64,000 bases of DNA from Felis catus (GCF_018350175.1 NC_058383.1:6326001-6390000), one strand, 5' to 3'. Counted from the first letter of the stretch, positions 13,526 to 26,370 are shown. Notes: generated from the letters alone by a model not told the origin. Made by a program: numbers and translations.

Positions 13526-13810
13526 CTTGCCATTTGCAATGACATGGATGGAACTAGAGAGTATAATGCTAAGTAAGTGAAATAAGTCAGTCAGAGAGAG
13601 ACAAATACCATAGGATTTCACTCATACGTGGAATTTAAGAAACAAAACAAACGAGCAAAGGGGGGAGAAAAGAGAGAGACAAACCAAGAAAGACCCTTAA
13701 CTATTTATTGAGTACTGATGGCTACCAGAGGGGAGGCGGGTGGGGGGACGAGTGAAATAGGGGATCGGGATTAAGGAGTGAGCATCAGGTGATTAAAATT
13801 AAAACTTAAA
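13526..13810 (+). mobile_element. L1 3' fragment (end of ORF2 plus 3' UTR) fused to the U6 copy
   Basis: cttgccatttgcaatgacatggatggaactagag encodes LPFAMTWMELE, typical of the L1 ORF2 C-terminus, followed by carnivore-type L1 3' UTR sequence. Confidence 0.85.
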
Positions 13811-13995
13811 GGTTGGGGGGGCCCTGGGTGGCTCAGTCGGTTGAGTATCTAACTCTTGATTATGGCCCAGGTCATGACCCCAGTATCATGGGATCGAGCC
13901 CACAATCAGGATCGTGTTGAACAAGGAGACTGCTTAAGATTCTTTCTCTCCCTCTGCCCTCTCCCCTACTTGCAAACTCTCTCCTTCTGTCTGTA

Positions 13996-13998
13996 AAG

Positions 13999-14081
<83 letters not shown>

Positions 14082-14152
14082 GAAAGAAAGAAAGAGAAAG
14101 AAAGAAAAAGAAAGAAAGAAAGAGAAAGAAAGAAAAAGAAAGAAAGAAAGAA
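13996..14152 (+). repeat. (GAAA)n tetranucleotide microsatellite derived from a SINE tail
   Basis: Directly visible; gives the spurious Phe/Leu/Ser ORF on the minus strand. Confidence 0.95.
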
Positions 14153-14761
14153 ATCTTCAAAAAATTGGTCTAAAACAAGACATGGTGATGGTTACGCACC
14201 ACTGTGAATATAATAAAAGCCCCTGAACTGTATACTTTTAAAGGCACATGAATTATATCTCAATAAAGCTGTTACACATGTATATATTTTTAAGACAGTA
14301 CCCACCTGTGGTTTATCAACTAGATCGGCATCTGCATCAATGGCTTATTTTTTGTTCTATTACCAATAAGCTTAAAAATTATTTAGAAAAATACTAAACC
14401 AGAAAATCATCACAAAGGTGGGATGGACAGCATAGAGATAGGACTTTCTGAAGATTTTTAACCTTAAATACCACCAGCATGTTATTCTCTTTCTAAACAT
14501 ATGCAATTAAGATCTATCTTAAAATTGTCGGGTTAATCTCTTCAGCGTGAACAGTCTGTTTTTACGAAGTCCAGAGCTATTCAGGCATGTGGGTTAACTA
14601 ACACCAAAGGGGCAAAAGTACATGGTGAAAACGTGGGCTGTAACAACTGAACCAGAATGGTTTCTGAGGGACTGCAACAAACGATGCTTGAAACTAAACG
14701 AGTCTCTGCCTTGTATTTTTAACAATCAGTCCTGGGTCATTATTAACAACTAATAAATACT

Positions 14762-15170
14762 TGTGAAAATTAGTGAAGGGAAATCCCACGAAAGTGGATT
14801 CAGGATGCCAGAAGAGGAGGCTAGAGGGACACCACTCAATGTCAATTACAGACCGTTAACAGAAGAATCCTTGACAGGAAAGAATCGTGGATTCCAGGCC
14901 CCGATACTGAAATGTGCATTGCATCTCCTACAAGAAATGGACCATCCCAGCAACTTGGCCCATGAGAAATCATCACCCTGAACTCCTGCCTTTCTCCACT
15001 GGACTTCCTCTCAACTTCCTCCTTCTTCTCCATAAAATAACCTTCTTGTCCTTTGTTGGACTCGCCTATGGCTTTATTGTAGCTTGTTTGTCCTGAAATG
15101 TAATTCTCTGTTATTACCAAATAAACCTATTTTTGCTGGTAAAACAACTGTTTTATTTTTAAGGTTAACG
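14762..15170 (+). mobile_element. Solo LTR, ERV1 class
   Basis: Starts TG and ends aacg (CA changed to CG). Flanked by 4-bp TSD tact (14758-14761, 15171-15174). AATAAA near 15119. Confidence 0.75.
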
Positions 15171-15309
15171 TACTCAAACGTTAACTTAAAATACACCGAG
15201 GTTAACAAGCCAGATAGCAGGAAATCTGTGAATTTGGTGCCGGAAAGATGTTGCACTTCATCTAGTAAGAAAGAGAGCAACCAGCTCCTCAATTTAAAAA
15301 TGCAGTGAC

Positions 15310-15490
15310 AGGGCACCTGGGTGGTTCCGTCAGTTAAGCCTCGGACTCTTGATTTTGGCTCAGGTCATGATCTCACGGATCATGAGTTCGAGCCCCAAGT
15401 CGGGCTTTGTGCTGACAGCGCAGAGCCTGGTTGGGATTCTCCCTCTCTCTGCCCCTCCTCTGCTCACGCTCTCTTTATATATATATATAT
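15310..15490 (+). mobile_element. CanSINE
   Basis: SINEC head; tail decayed to (TA)n. Confidence 0.85.
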
Positions 15491-15834
15491 ATCTCCAGCC
15501 TTCTTGGGGAATGCATGAAAAGAAGCACATTTATCTGAATAAGTTTTAGATCTTTGTTAGAAGACAATTATTAGCTCCCACTAATAGTTTATAAGTTAAT
15601 ACGGGACACATTCTATCAATGATCAAACAGACCAAACTCAAAGATTAGACAAGGAAGACTGCATGATGTGGACTAAAGGAGAGAGGAAATGTAGATAGAC
15701 TCTGTGAAGCAACAAGATATTCAGAATCAAAGACAGACACAAGATAATACTCATCAAATTTCAAATCCAAATCCAAGAAACTATGGCTAGAGATAAATCT
15801 GGCAGGCCAAAGAAATCTTTACTTAGTAAAGTGA

Positions 15835-15883
15835 TTTTAAGTTTATTTATTTATTTTGAGAGCAGAAAGTTCAAGCAGAGGAG

Positions 15884-15930
<47 letters not shown>

Positions 15931-16049
15931 CCCAAGCTGGCTCCACACTGCCAACACAGAGCCAGATGTGGGGCTTGAACTCACAAATCATGAGATCATG
16001 ACCCGAGCTGAAGTCGGACGCTTAATGAACTGAGCCACCCAGGCACCCC
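15835..16049 (-). mobile_element. CanSINE
   Basis: TSD agtaaagtgatttt; (GA)n tract. Confidence 0.9.
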
Positions 16050-16084
16050 AGTAAAGTGATTTTGAGACTAAAAAAAATAATTAT

Positions 16085-16292
16085 GGGGCACCTGGGTGGC
16101 TCAGTTGGTTAAGCGTCCAACTTCAGCTTGGGTCATGATCTCACGGTTTGTGAGTTTGAGCCCTGAGTTCAGCTCTGTGCTGACAGCTCAGAGCCTGGAG
16201 CCTGCTTCAGATTCTGTGTCTCCCTCTCTCTCTGCCCCTCCCCGGCTCACACTCTGTCTCTCTCTCTCTCAAAATTAAACATTAAAAAAAAA
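16085..16292 (+). mobile_element. CanSINE
   Basis: Full SINEC, head-to-head with the previous copy. Confidence 0.9.
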
Positions 16293-16593
16293 ATTTTTTT
16301 AAGCAATTAGATGAAGAGGTAACCAAATTTTAACTGCACTCTAATTTTTCTGCCATTTATTTTCATGTTAGAACTCAGTTCAATCTTCTGAAAAGTCACC
16401 AATGAACCTGATTCTTGACGAGCAATGCTACTATTACGTCCTAAAGAAATTGGGGGCGGGGGAAGGGGCAATCATGGTAAGAATGTTCCAGCAATGTTAA
16501 CATGCCATTTCCACTAACTTAAATAGTGGGATACTATGTTCCTGGCTCATACTTGTGTAGAGGTTTAAACATGCAAATAAATACACTACAGGA

Positions 16594-16806
16594 GGGGCGC
16601 CAGGGTGGCTCAGTGTGCTGGGCATCTGACTTTGGCTCAGGTCATGATCTCGAGGTTTGTGACTTGAGCCCCACAGCAGGCTCTGTGCTGACAGCTCAGA
16701 GCCTGGATCCTGCTTCAGATTCTGTGTCTCCCTCTCTATCTGCCCCTCCCCCACTCACACTCTGTCTCTCTCTCAAAAATAAATAATATTTAATATTTAA
16801 AAAAAA
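16594..16806 (+). mobile_element. CanSINE
   Basis: TSD taaatacactacagga. Confidence 0.92.
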
Positions 16807-17304
16807 TTTTAAATACACTACAGGAGACATGCACAATTAAATTTCAAGCTGAAATGCAATAGATATATTTATTGTATGACGTGCAATCAATTTTTGCATT
16901 AGAAGTGTGAACTCCACATCTGAAGATCCAAACATTTTAATTTTACATCAAAGGAGGAAAATAATATATACAAAAATATACAGTAACTTCGTTTTTCTTA
17001 GTTTGCATTCCCATGTCTAGACAAGCTTAAAAGACTATTTTAGTAGGATACTGGAGAGGGTGGGGAAATAAAAATACATATATTATGGTGTGGATTTGAA
17101 ATAAAAAAGATAAGGAACCATAAGTTGGCTCCTTTTATAGGAGCATACTAGGATTATGAATTTTGATCCCATTTAAATCTATACTCTGCACAAAATACAG
17201 GCAAAATATGATTTTCTATAAACAGAAACTTGAAATTTTTATATCCTATTCTAAAATGTCACTAACATTTTAATGGAGTCATCTCAATATTTTTCTGTTC
17301 TTTA

Positions 17305-17540
17305 GGGGCACCTTGGTGACTCAGTCTGTTCAGCGTCCGACTTCAGCTCAGGTCACGATCTCACAGTTGGTGGGTTCGAGCCCCATGTCAGGCTCTGTGC
17401 TGACAGCTCAGGGCCTGGAGCCTGCTTCGGATTCTGTGTCTCCCTCTCTCTCTGGCCTTCCCCCACTCATACTGTCTCTCTCTGTCTCTCAAGAGAATGA
17501 ATAAATGTTAAAAAAAAATAATAAAAATAAAAATAAATAA
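17305..17540 (+). mobile_element. CanSINE
   Basis: TSD aatatttttctgtt. Confidence 0.9.
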
Positions 17541-18276
17541 TATTTTTCTGTTATTTGTACATAGTACTAACATCCCATACATTTGTCTCTTAGGAGTTCT
17601 GAAAGAGAATTTATCTACTGTAGCCAAATCAATATTATAACAAAGGCATGCTGTATGGCGGTGGTGGGGGGTGGGGTGGGGATAAATTTCTGGATTCAGT
17701 GATTAAAGGAAACAAGGACTAGGGAGTAAACGGTCTGGTAGAAATTCACTGAGAGCAGAGACTATGTGCTGGTCTGATGTGCAGGTGCGATACTTACAAA
17801 CAAAAGTGGGCAGGGGGCAGTGATGGAAAAATTAAAACTACAGATGGCAGCTATCTTCTAGCAGAATCTACACAAACCTGGAAGTTCTCACAGCAGAGTC
17901 ACAGCATTCTGCAAAATTAAGTAAACACTGAGAAGTGTATTTGTATTATCTGGAGTTACCAAAGGAACTAAAGATGGAAACTCAGGGGCGTGGACAAAGG
18001 AAGGAAAAGGTATTGTCAATTTTTCAACCTAATCTCTTCGGTACTACTTTACCATTTTATTTATTACCAAATGCAGGTATTCAATTTTTAAGACCAAAAA
18101 TTTTAATTAAGGATGAAAGAAAATGACATTGTTCGATCTCCTTATACACACAGTAGATCTGTTTCTAATCTGAAAAACATTCGAAAACAGTGTTCATTCG
18201 ATCCCGTGACAATAGAATATAATAGCAATGATAGTAAGAAATGTTGATACAGGCACAGAACAAAATCTGTAGGCTC

Positions 18277-18509
18277 ATTTTTTTTTAATTAAAAAAAATT
18301 TTTTTTAACATTTATTTATTGCTGAGAGACAGAGAGACAGAACACAAGCAGGGGAGGGGCAGAGAGAGAGGGAGACACAGAACCTGAAGCATTCTCCAGC
18401 TCTGAGCTGTCAGCACAGAGCCTGATGCAGGGCTTGAACCCACAAACCGTGAGATCATGACTTGAACTGAAGTCGTATGCTTAACGGACTGAACCACCCT
18501 GGGCGCCCC
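18277..18509 (-). mobile_element. CanSINE
   Basis: TSD tgtaggctca. Confidence 0.9.
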
Positions 18510-18645
18510 TGTAGGCTCACATTTCAAACTCCTATACCAAATTATCTTATGGGTTAATGGGGCGGGAGCAGGGGGTAGGGGAACAGCAAGTAACTTTCAC
18601 TTTCTATACCAAGTAATACTGTAACTTTAAAATTGAATATACCCT

Positions 18646-18855
18646 GGGGTGCCTGGGTGGCTCAGTTGGTTAAGCATCCGACTTCAACTCGGAACATGAT
18701 CTCATAGTTCATGAGTTCGAGCCCTGTGTCAGGCTGCGTGCTGACAGCTCAGAGCCTGGAGCGTGTTTCGGATTCTGTGTCTCCCTCTCTCTCTGCCCCT
18801 TCCCTGCCCATGCTCTGTCTCTCTCTCTTTAAAATAAACATTAAAAAAATAAAAA
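18646..18855 (+). mobile_element. CanSINE
   Basis: TSD taaaattgaatata. Confidence 0.9.
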
Positions 18856-19329
18856 TATTCTATAAAATTGAATATATATTACTTTTGTCAGGGATCCTAA
18901 AGAATATAAACTAAAACATGTACGCCTAGAAAAGTAACTGAGAAACAAAATCAGAGTAAAAGATTAATAGCAGTATTTCTGAGAGAAAGAAAGAATGGGC
19001 AGGTTATTTTTTCCCTTCATGTTTTTCTGGGTTTTGCCCCAAATATCATACAAACCAGCTATATTCCTTTATAATGGAGAACTTGTATTTTTTACAAACG
19101 ATTTTTAAGAATATCCTCAGATGAGAATCTTCTAGTATAGGCATGTTGACCCACCACTTCCTTAAAAGTATCCAGCTTTATGGAATATCAACATATAAAT
19201 ATTTCATCAATTCTAAGGCCTACATATTAACATCTCTGAAATCAAGATGCATCTTACAATCAGCCAGTGACAGTTGGGATACAGTTGTCATTGCCTGGAT
19301 GCGTGTGGCGATCAAAAGTACCAGCACTA

Positions 19330-19778
19330 GGGGCACCTGGGTGGCTCAGTGGGTTGAATGTCCCACTCTTTTTTTTTTTTGATTTTTTAAAATGGTTATC
19401 TATTTTTTAAGAAAAGAGAGACAGGATGTGAGTGGGGGAGGAGCAGAGAGCAAGGGAGACACAGAACCCAAAGCAGGCTCCAGGCTCTGAACTGTCAGCA
19501 CAGAGCCCGATGCAGGGCTCGAACCCACAAACTGTGAGATCATGACTTGAGCCGAAGTCAGACGCTTAACTGACTGAGCCTCCCAGGGGCCCCAAGCATC
19601 CCACTCTTGATTTCAGCTCAGGTCATGATCTCTTGGTTCGTGGAATCAAGCCCAGTGATGGGCTCCTTGCGGGTGTAGAGCCAGCTTGGGGTTCTCTCTC
19701 TCCCTCTCTCTCTGCCCCTCCCTCGCTCATACATGTGCTAAATAAATATTTTAAAAAATTAAAACATTAAAAAAAAAA
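19330..19778 (+). mobile_element. CanSINE interrupted by an antisense CanSINE (~19368-19593)
   Basis: Head broken at tcccactctt and resumes at tcccactcttgatttc. Confidence 0.88.
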
Positions 19779-19805
19779 GCACCAGTAGTAAAACTTAGAC
19801 AACAA

Positions 19806-20730
19806 GGTAAACACAGAACTATCATATGACCCAGCAATTACACTCCTGGGTAATTCCCAAAGGAATTGGGAATTCCCAATTCCCAAAGGAATTGTTAGCG
19901 GGGGGGGGGGGGGGGGGGGGGGGGGGGCTCAAATACATACTTGTACACCCATGTTCACTGGAGCGTTATTCACAATAGCCAGAAGGTGGAAAGAGCCCAG
20001 GTATCTATCAACTGATTAATGGATTAACGAATTACAGCATACCCGTGCAATGAAGTGGTATTCAGTCATACCATGGAAGGAAACTCTGACACACAGACAT
20101 GAATGAACCTTGAACATTATGCTAAGTTGAAAGAAGCCAGACACAAAAAGACAACATACTATATGATTCCACTATTTTTTTAAGTCCATTTATTTTGAGA
20201 GCGCATGAGTGCACATATGCACGAGCAGGGAAGGGACAGACAGAGAGGGAGAGAGAATTGCAGGCAGGATCTGCACCGTCAGCACGGAGCCCAATGTGGG
20301 GCTCGATCCCAAGAACTACGAAATCACGACCTGAGCCGAAACCAAGAGACAGACGCGTAACCGACTGAGCCGCGCAGGTGCCCCTGTATGATCCCACTTT
20401 TACGAAATATGTACAGCAGGCAAATGCATTGAGGAAGTAAATGAGAGGTTACCACGAAGCTGAGGAAAGTGGAGATGAGCAGTTATGACTTCATGGTCAC
20501 AGAGCTTCTGTTTGGGATGATTAAAAAAAAAAGTTTGTAAATACACAGTGGTGACATTGTGAATGTAGTTAATGCCACTGAATTGTATACTTAAAAATGG
20601 TTTAAAATGGTAAATTGTTAGATACTTTTACCACAATTTGTAAAAATTACTAATGTAACACACCAAAACCCACTGGATGGGTAAACTGTATGAAATGTGA
20701 GTTGTATCTCAATAAAGTGGTTTTTAAAAC
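19806..20730 (+). mobile_element. L1M 3' fragment with an antisense SINE at ~20175-20384
   Basis: catatgacccagcaattacactcctggg, gaaccttgaacattatgctaag, tatctcaataaag. Confidence 0.82.
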
Positions 20731-22329
20731 TTGGGGAGCTAAGAATAGCCCATCCTTCTGAAAAAGTGTCAGTGTCAACACTATGGCACAGCATGTGGAA
20801 ATATACAAATATCGGTGATTCTGTGCCAAACGGTTGAGGAGAGATGGACACTGAATGTGAAGATACCTTAGGAATTCTTTCATCTCTCCTGCTTTTTCTT
20901 TTTAATCATAACGCACAAGAACACTACACGATAAAAATCTATATTTCAATGAGCTACCTGTTCAAGACTGTAAAATAAAAATGTCAGATCGTAAGAAAGC
21001 CACGTCACTGTTTGACTCTCAGCACTTTGCTCATCGAGGGGCACCTGTAACGGCGCGTCTCGTAATCAGTGTGCACACGCCACTCACAGCGCCATGTACA
21101 TATGGGCCCGCGTGCACACACACATGGGCCCTTTCCCTAAGCAACCTGTGAAATCAAACATACATTTGCATTCCCAAACAGTAATTTCTGAAAATAAAAA
21201 AGCACCAGGAAGACTATGTGAAATGAATACCATTTGGCCAAATTCCGTGTTGGCTGTTGCAAGCACTCAAAGAAGGCACTGGCTTCACATGGAGGTATGA
21301 CACAGCAGAAATCTAATACAGATATAATGTCTATTACTCATTTGGAGCCATGACTCAGAGTATTTTAAAAATACATATGGAAACCAGAGTCTTTTCATAA
21401 CTAGACTACAAACGAGAAACTCGTGCCAAGACGTGACAAACACAAATCTTAAAAAGCTTCACAGATTTGAATCTCCCATTTAAAACACAAACTATTTTAT
21501 CAATGCTTTGATGTAATCCTGAAATTGCAGGAGCCACAGAGTTTAAAAGCCCAGGAACATTTTTCTGGTTTTGATGATGCTAATCACCTGTCCAATTAAT
21601 GGTCAATGATCACTGCAGGACATATACAAGTTCAGGGAAACCCACGTATTGATGGAGGTGATAATCGGGGTCTCTTGTTGCATATAAAAAGCAATTTGCA
21701 GTGGATACACCTGGACGCAACTTTTCAGCTGGAAGAAAAGTACTGCAAAACTTTCCATTTTTACAATAACTTAATCATTTGGGTCACTATAGAAGTGACG
21801 GATGCTCATCAGAAATCAGAGTAAACAATAAAAGCGCACCATAATCTCACCACCTAGCTCTAACTTCCATTCCTGTTGTCACGTGGAGCCTTTCCGTGTA
21901 GGTCGGAGAGCGAGCGATGAAGTGCCCAAGGGCCCAGCTGTGGGCCGGACTTACAGATTCAAGTCCGACCTCTTCTACTCACTGGCCGAGTGACCATGGG
22001 CCAACTAAGCAACAGTTCTGTGCCTGTCTGTCAAGTAGGAATAACAGAAGCTCCTTCATCAAGTTTTTAAATATAACGATCCCACACATACAGTTTTGCT
22101 ACCTGCTTTTTCGCTTAATAAAAAAAAGCGTGAACCAGTTTCCATGTCATTAAATACCCTTTATGTTTAAGGGCCACAATGCATTCCATTACACAGTTGT
22201 TCCACAATGTACTCTGACCCTCAGAGCCAGGCATTTAACCATTCCCAGTATGTCTGCTATTCCAACAGGCCTTTACACGAGACCAGGAACGGCTGGGAGG
22301 TAGACGTCCTAAATCTCAGGGACAGAGAC

Positions 22330-22535
22330 CCTATGCACACACAGACCAGGCCATTAGCCTAGGAGATGGCCTTTGTGCCTCCCGGCCACCTGAGCCACCT
22401 TAGGCTTCTCACCTTTGGTGCCCAGCCTCCTGGCCATTCGTGAGTCCCCAACAGTCTTGCAATAAATTCTCTTATGCTTAAATTAGCCAAAGTCCGTTTC
22501 TGTTACTTGTCACCAAAGCATTTTCCTGATACACA
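22330..22535 (+). mobile_element. MLT1-like LTR 3' end
   Basis: aataaattctcttatgcttaaattagccaaagtccgtttctgttacttg. Confidence 0.6.
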
Positions 22536-22839
22536 CGATAACATTCTCTCCCATAATATTCCATTACACACACACAAATAATGACGCCACCAACCAACCT
22601 CTCCAAGTCAGCTGTGTCCCAGGAAGGAGTAGGTAAAACCAGACAGCTCTAGAGCAAAGCACCGAAGTTCTCTGAAAGATAGACATTTTTATCCCAGTGA
22701 AAATTCTGCTCTGAGAGTCTTCATGCACTTATAGGCCTGGGATGCTACAATTAATTACACAGAGTATATAATCTATAAAAAGACCAATCCAATCTTTCTC
22801 AGAGGAAAAAAAAAATCAAATTGCAAATACTACTATTAC

Positions 22840-23070
22840 TACTAATAACTAGTAATATTTATATACTGTTGTAAATACCTTACCTGCTAGTCATTTAATC
22901 GTGGCAATAAATTTGTAAGCACTATTGTTATCCCCATGTTATACACAAGGAAAGTGAGGCATCAGAGAGACTGAGTAACTTGCCCGAGGTCACACAGCTA
23001 TTCAGGATTTGAACCCAGGCAATCCAGCTTCAAAACCTATGTTTTCAACCACCATATATACTGCTTCTTG
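22840..23070 (-). mobile_element. MIR
   Basis: atccccatgttatacacaaggaaagtgaggc...gtaacttgcccgaggtcacacagct...ggatttgaacccagg. Confidence 0.8.
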
Positions 23071-23258
23071 ATTTTTGTCTCATAACGACAGATTTTTTAA
23101 TTATGATCACATATTACATCTTCATTATTATGTGTCAGAGTTGGATGTAAATGGCAAAGGGAGATTTCCCACATAGATGAACTCCAGGAAGTACTTCATC
23201 TTCTACCGTGGCTTCTCCTGCTAAGACTATGTATGATCCCAGTACCTAAAACAATCTA

Positions 23259-23485
23259 TGGGGAGTCTGGGTGGCTCAGTCGGTTAAGCGTCCGACTTCA
23301 GCTCAGGCCATGATCTCACGGTTCGTGGGTTCGACTGCATCAGGCTCTGTGCTGACAGCTCGGAGCCTGAAGCCTGCTTCAGATTCTGTGTCTCCCTCTC
23401 TCTCCGCCCCTCCCCCAATCGCATTCTGTCTCCCTCTCTCTCTCAAAAATAAATAAAAAAACATTAAAAAAATAAAAATAAACAA
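23259..23485 (+). mobile_element. CanSINE
   Basis: TSD-like aaaacaatctat/aaaacaacctat. Confidence 0.9.
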
Positions 23486-24299
23486 AACAACCTATCATTC
23501 CCCTTCCTCCCCGAACAAATGCCAAGTGCTGTTCCGTTTCTAAGCCTTCCCTCAAGCGGTTTCCATTATTTAAAACACCCTCCGAACCCAACACCCACCT
23601 GCCTATTCCCATCCAGGAACGAAATGGCAATCTCAAATGCCACAATCCCCACACACCTCCCTCAAGCCTATCCAGATGGAATGAATCCGCCTGCCCCCAT
23701 AATCCTGTGATTCTGTTTACCTCCAGTAGAGCATGCATTACAATCTGCTAGTTTTTTCTCCCCATCCATCCCTTCCCAATGTAAGGTTCTAGAAAGCAGA
23801 GACTACATCTGATAAATTCTCTTCTTTTACTTGGTACCCCCCACCGTACAGAAAAAAGTTATCGCAAGAAGTAGTCGCTCCATTAATGATGACTGAGCTT
23901 AAGGGAAGCAGGCTGTGGAAATCTATCGAGAGAGACTATCCCAAAGAAGCAAAAAGGAAAATATCAAAGAACTAGAAAAATTTAGCTTATCATTAAGCTA
24001 CTCTAAATCCCTGTAAATAGAAATCTCAACACCTATCATTAAGAGACACTATCATTTGTGGAATTTTAACATGTATCTCAATAGGTCCTTTTATGGTCTG
24101 AATGTGCACACTGTGGGAAATGAACAAGGAAATTTTTTGGAAAACTATTTAAAACATTTGGTAAATACTGGGAACACAAGGTCATATGAACCACAAAGAA
24201 AAAGTCGAAACTCTGGCCACCACCATAGTAAGCAGTGAGGGTTATAACTGCAGGCAAACCAGACAGGTGGTCTGCTCTCACTTTAAGAAACCCATTGCC

Positions 24300-24485
24300 G
24301 GGGTGCCTGGGTGGCTCAGTCGGTTGAGCATCCGACTCTTGACTGTGGCTCAGGTCATGGGATCGAGCCCCACATCGGGCTCTGCGCTGACAGCATGGAC
24401 TGCTTGGGCCTCTCTCTCTCCCTCTTTCACTCTGTCCCACTCTCTCTCTGCCCCTACCCAGCTCATGCTCTCTTTCTCAAAATAG
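24300..24485 (+). mobile_element. CanSINE
   Basis: TSD cccattgcc. Confidence 0.88.
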
Positions 24486-26022
24486 AATCCCATTGCCTTC
24501 TGTATCTCTTATCTTCCTTCTTTGGTTTTCCTCAAGTCATTTATGGATTAAATCAAAGCTAAGAAGCTCTTTGCATTTTCTGAATTACTACTCATTCCTA
24601 CAGTGAAGATGAAATATTCCCTTTGAGTTTTTCCCATATTGGAAAAGTAAATGTGGAAAATGGCAGGAAGAAATCCAAATAATTGTAATTATTAACCAAA
24701 TGGAACTAACGTACTATTACCGTTGATTCTATGATAAGTTTTGGGGAAAAGAAGATTCCGGCATCAGCAAAGACAACTCCCTGCCCACACCACCTGTGGA
24801 TCAAACACAGAAGGAACCCTCCTGTGCCATCTGTAGGAAGGGGTAGAAATGAAATCCACCCTTACCACCTGACACATGAAGTCCTCTGCCACCATGAGGA
24901 ACCCTCACCAGAAGGAGCACCTGAAAGAATGCATTCTTTTCAGAAAACTAAAGCCTCACTTTTATTATTTTTTGTGAAGATTTTCCTCTTAAGCAAACTC
25001 TACACCCAAAGTGGGGCTCAAACTTACAACCCCAAGATCAAGAGTTGCAATAAACTTATAAGTTTACTGCTCTACTGACTGAGCCAGCCAGGCACCCATC
25101 ACCTCTCACCCCCAAAATAAAACCCACCTTGAGGTCTTTCTGATTGGACTTGGTTGTTTCCTTCTGATTCACACTCATTAGGAGTTCCTGGAAATCCCTT
25201 GCGTATAAGACAACTAAAAACAGGAAAACAACTATCTTCAAACTCAGAGAAAGTTGCATACACATGACCTCCAACAGTTTCCACCGGAGATGATCTTTCT
25301 GTTCGATTTGCGAGACTGCCTGTGCCAAATAGCATACAGTTATAGGAAGCAAGCAATATTAAGCTGGTCCCAGCCTTTCCAAAGCCAATTCCAAAGTGGC
25401 ACCAAATGGTATTCCCAGAGAAAAGAGGTTACCCTTAATGAAATCGCACTTGTTCTTTTGAGTATTAGTAACAACACCGGGGTAGTGAGACACATGATTG
25501 TCCACCTCAACAGCAAATTTATTTGCACTTATCTACACCTGGCCCAGAAAATATGTGACAAATATCGCGAAAGAGTGAAAAGGAGGAAAACTGAGGTTGT
25601 CACTCTAATTTGCCTGAGAACACTTTCAAAATTGTTCTTTAAAAAAAAAAAAAAAAAAAAAGATTCATAATATACATGTCTAAACTCACTTAAAAAGTTT
25701 TAAGAAAATCCCATGAAAATGTGTGAAAGGCACTAACAACAGAGCTACTCAAACCACAGTGAAAGTCAAACCCTGCTCACAACCTAAAGAACACTTGGCC
25801 ATTGTTGCTGTGTGGAGTCTCAACAGCTGGTCCATACCAGGCATTCCCTGTTACACCCTTGCACTCAAGACTTTCAATTTGTTTTTTAATATAACTTATT
25901 GTCAAATTGGCTTACATACAACACCCAGCGCTCATCCCAACAAGGACTTTCAATCTTTAAAAGATTAATAGGATCTCTCATCTTGAAAAGAAGCCTTCTT
26001 TTAATAAAGAATAACAACACCA

Positions 26023-26370
26023 AGATGCTTGGGTGGCTCCGTTGGTTAAGCATCCACCTCCTGATTTCGGCTCAGGTCATGAACTCACAGTTGGTGAATT
26101 CGAGCCCCGTATCGGGCTCTGCACTGACAGCACGGAGCCTACTTGGGATTCTCTGTCTCCCTCTTTTTCTGTCCCTCCTCCCCACCTCAATAAATAAATA
26201 AATGAACATTAAAAAGGGGGAGGGTTCCTGGGTGGGTCAGTGGGTTAATCTTGATCTCAGTTCAGGTTCATGACCTCTTGATCTCGGTTCAGGTTCATGA
26301 TCTCATGGTTCGTGAGTTCTAGCCCCACGTCGGGCTCTGAGCCTGATTGGGATTTTCTCTCTCCCTCTTT
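26023..26370 (+). mobile_element. Two tandem CanSINEs; the second is truncated and has an internal ~27-bp duplication
   Basis: Two heads; cttgatctc(a/g)gttcaggttcatga occurs twice. Confidence 0.8.

Larger units (their letters stand above)
11220..14275 (+). mobile_element. Old L1M (MB-like) 3' half hosting nested SINEs (~11711-11920, ~12205-12430, ~13817-14152), a younger L1 tail (~12450-12670) and the U6/L1 chimera
   Basis: ORF2 3' motifs (atcctaaaatttgcatggaa, caactggatatccacatgcaaaagaatgaa, tatgacccagcaatt) and a 3' UTR ending tatctcaataaagctgt. Confidence 0.85.
19196..21070 (+). mobile_element. TcMar-Tc2 (Kanga/MER104-like) DNA element split by nested SINEs and an L1M 3' fragment (~19806-20730)
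   Basis: atatttcatcaattctaagg...aacatctctgaaatcaagatgcatcttacaatc resembles the MER104/Kanga end; continuation after the L1 is inferred. Confidence 0.55.
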
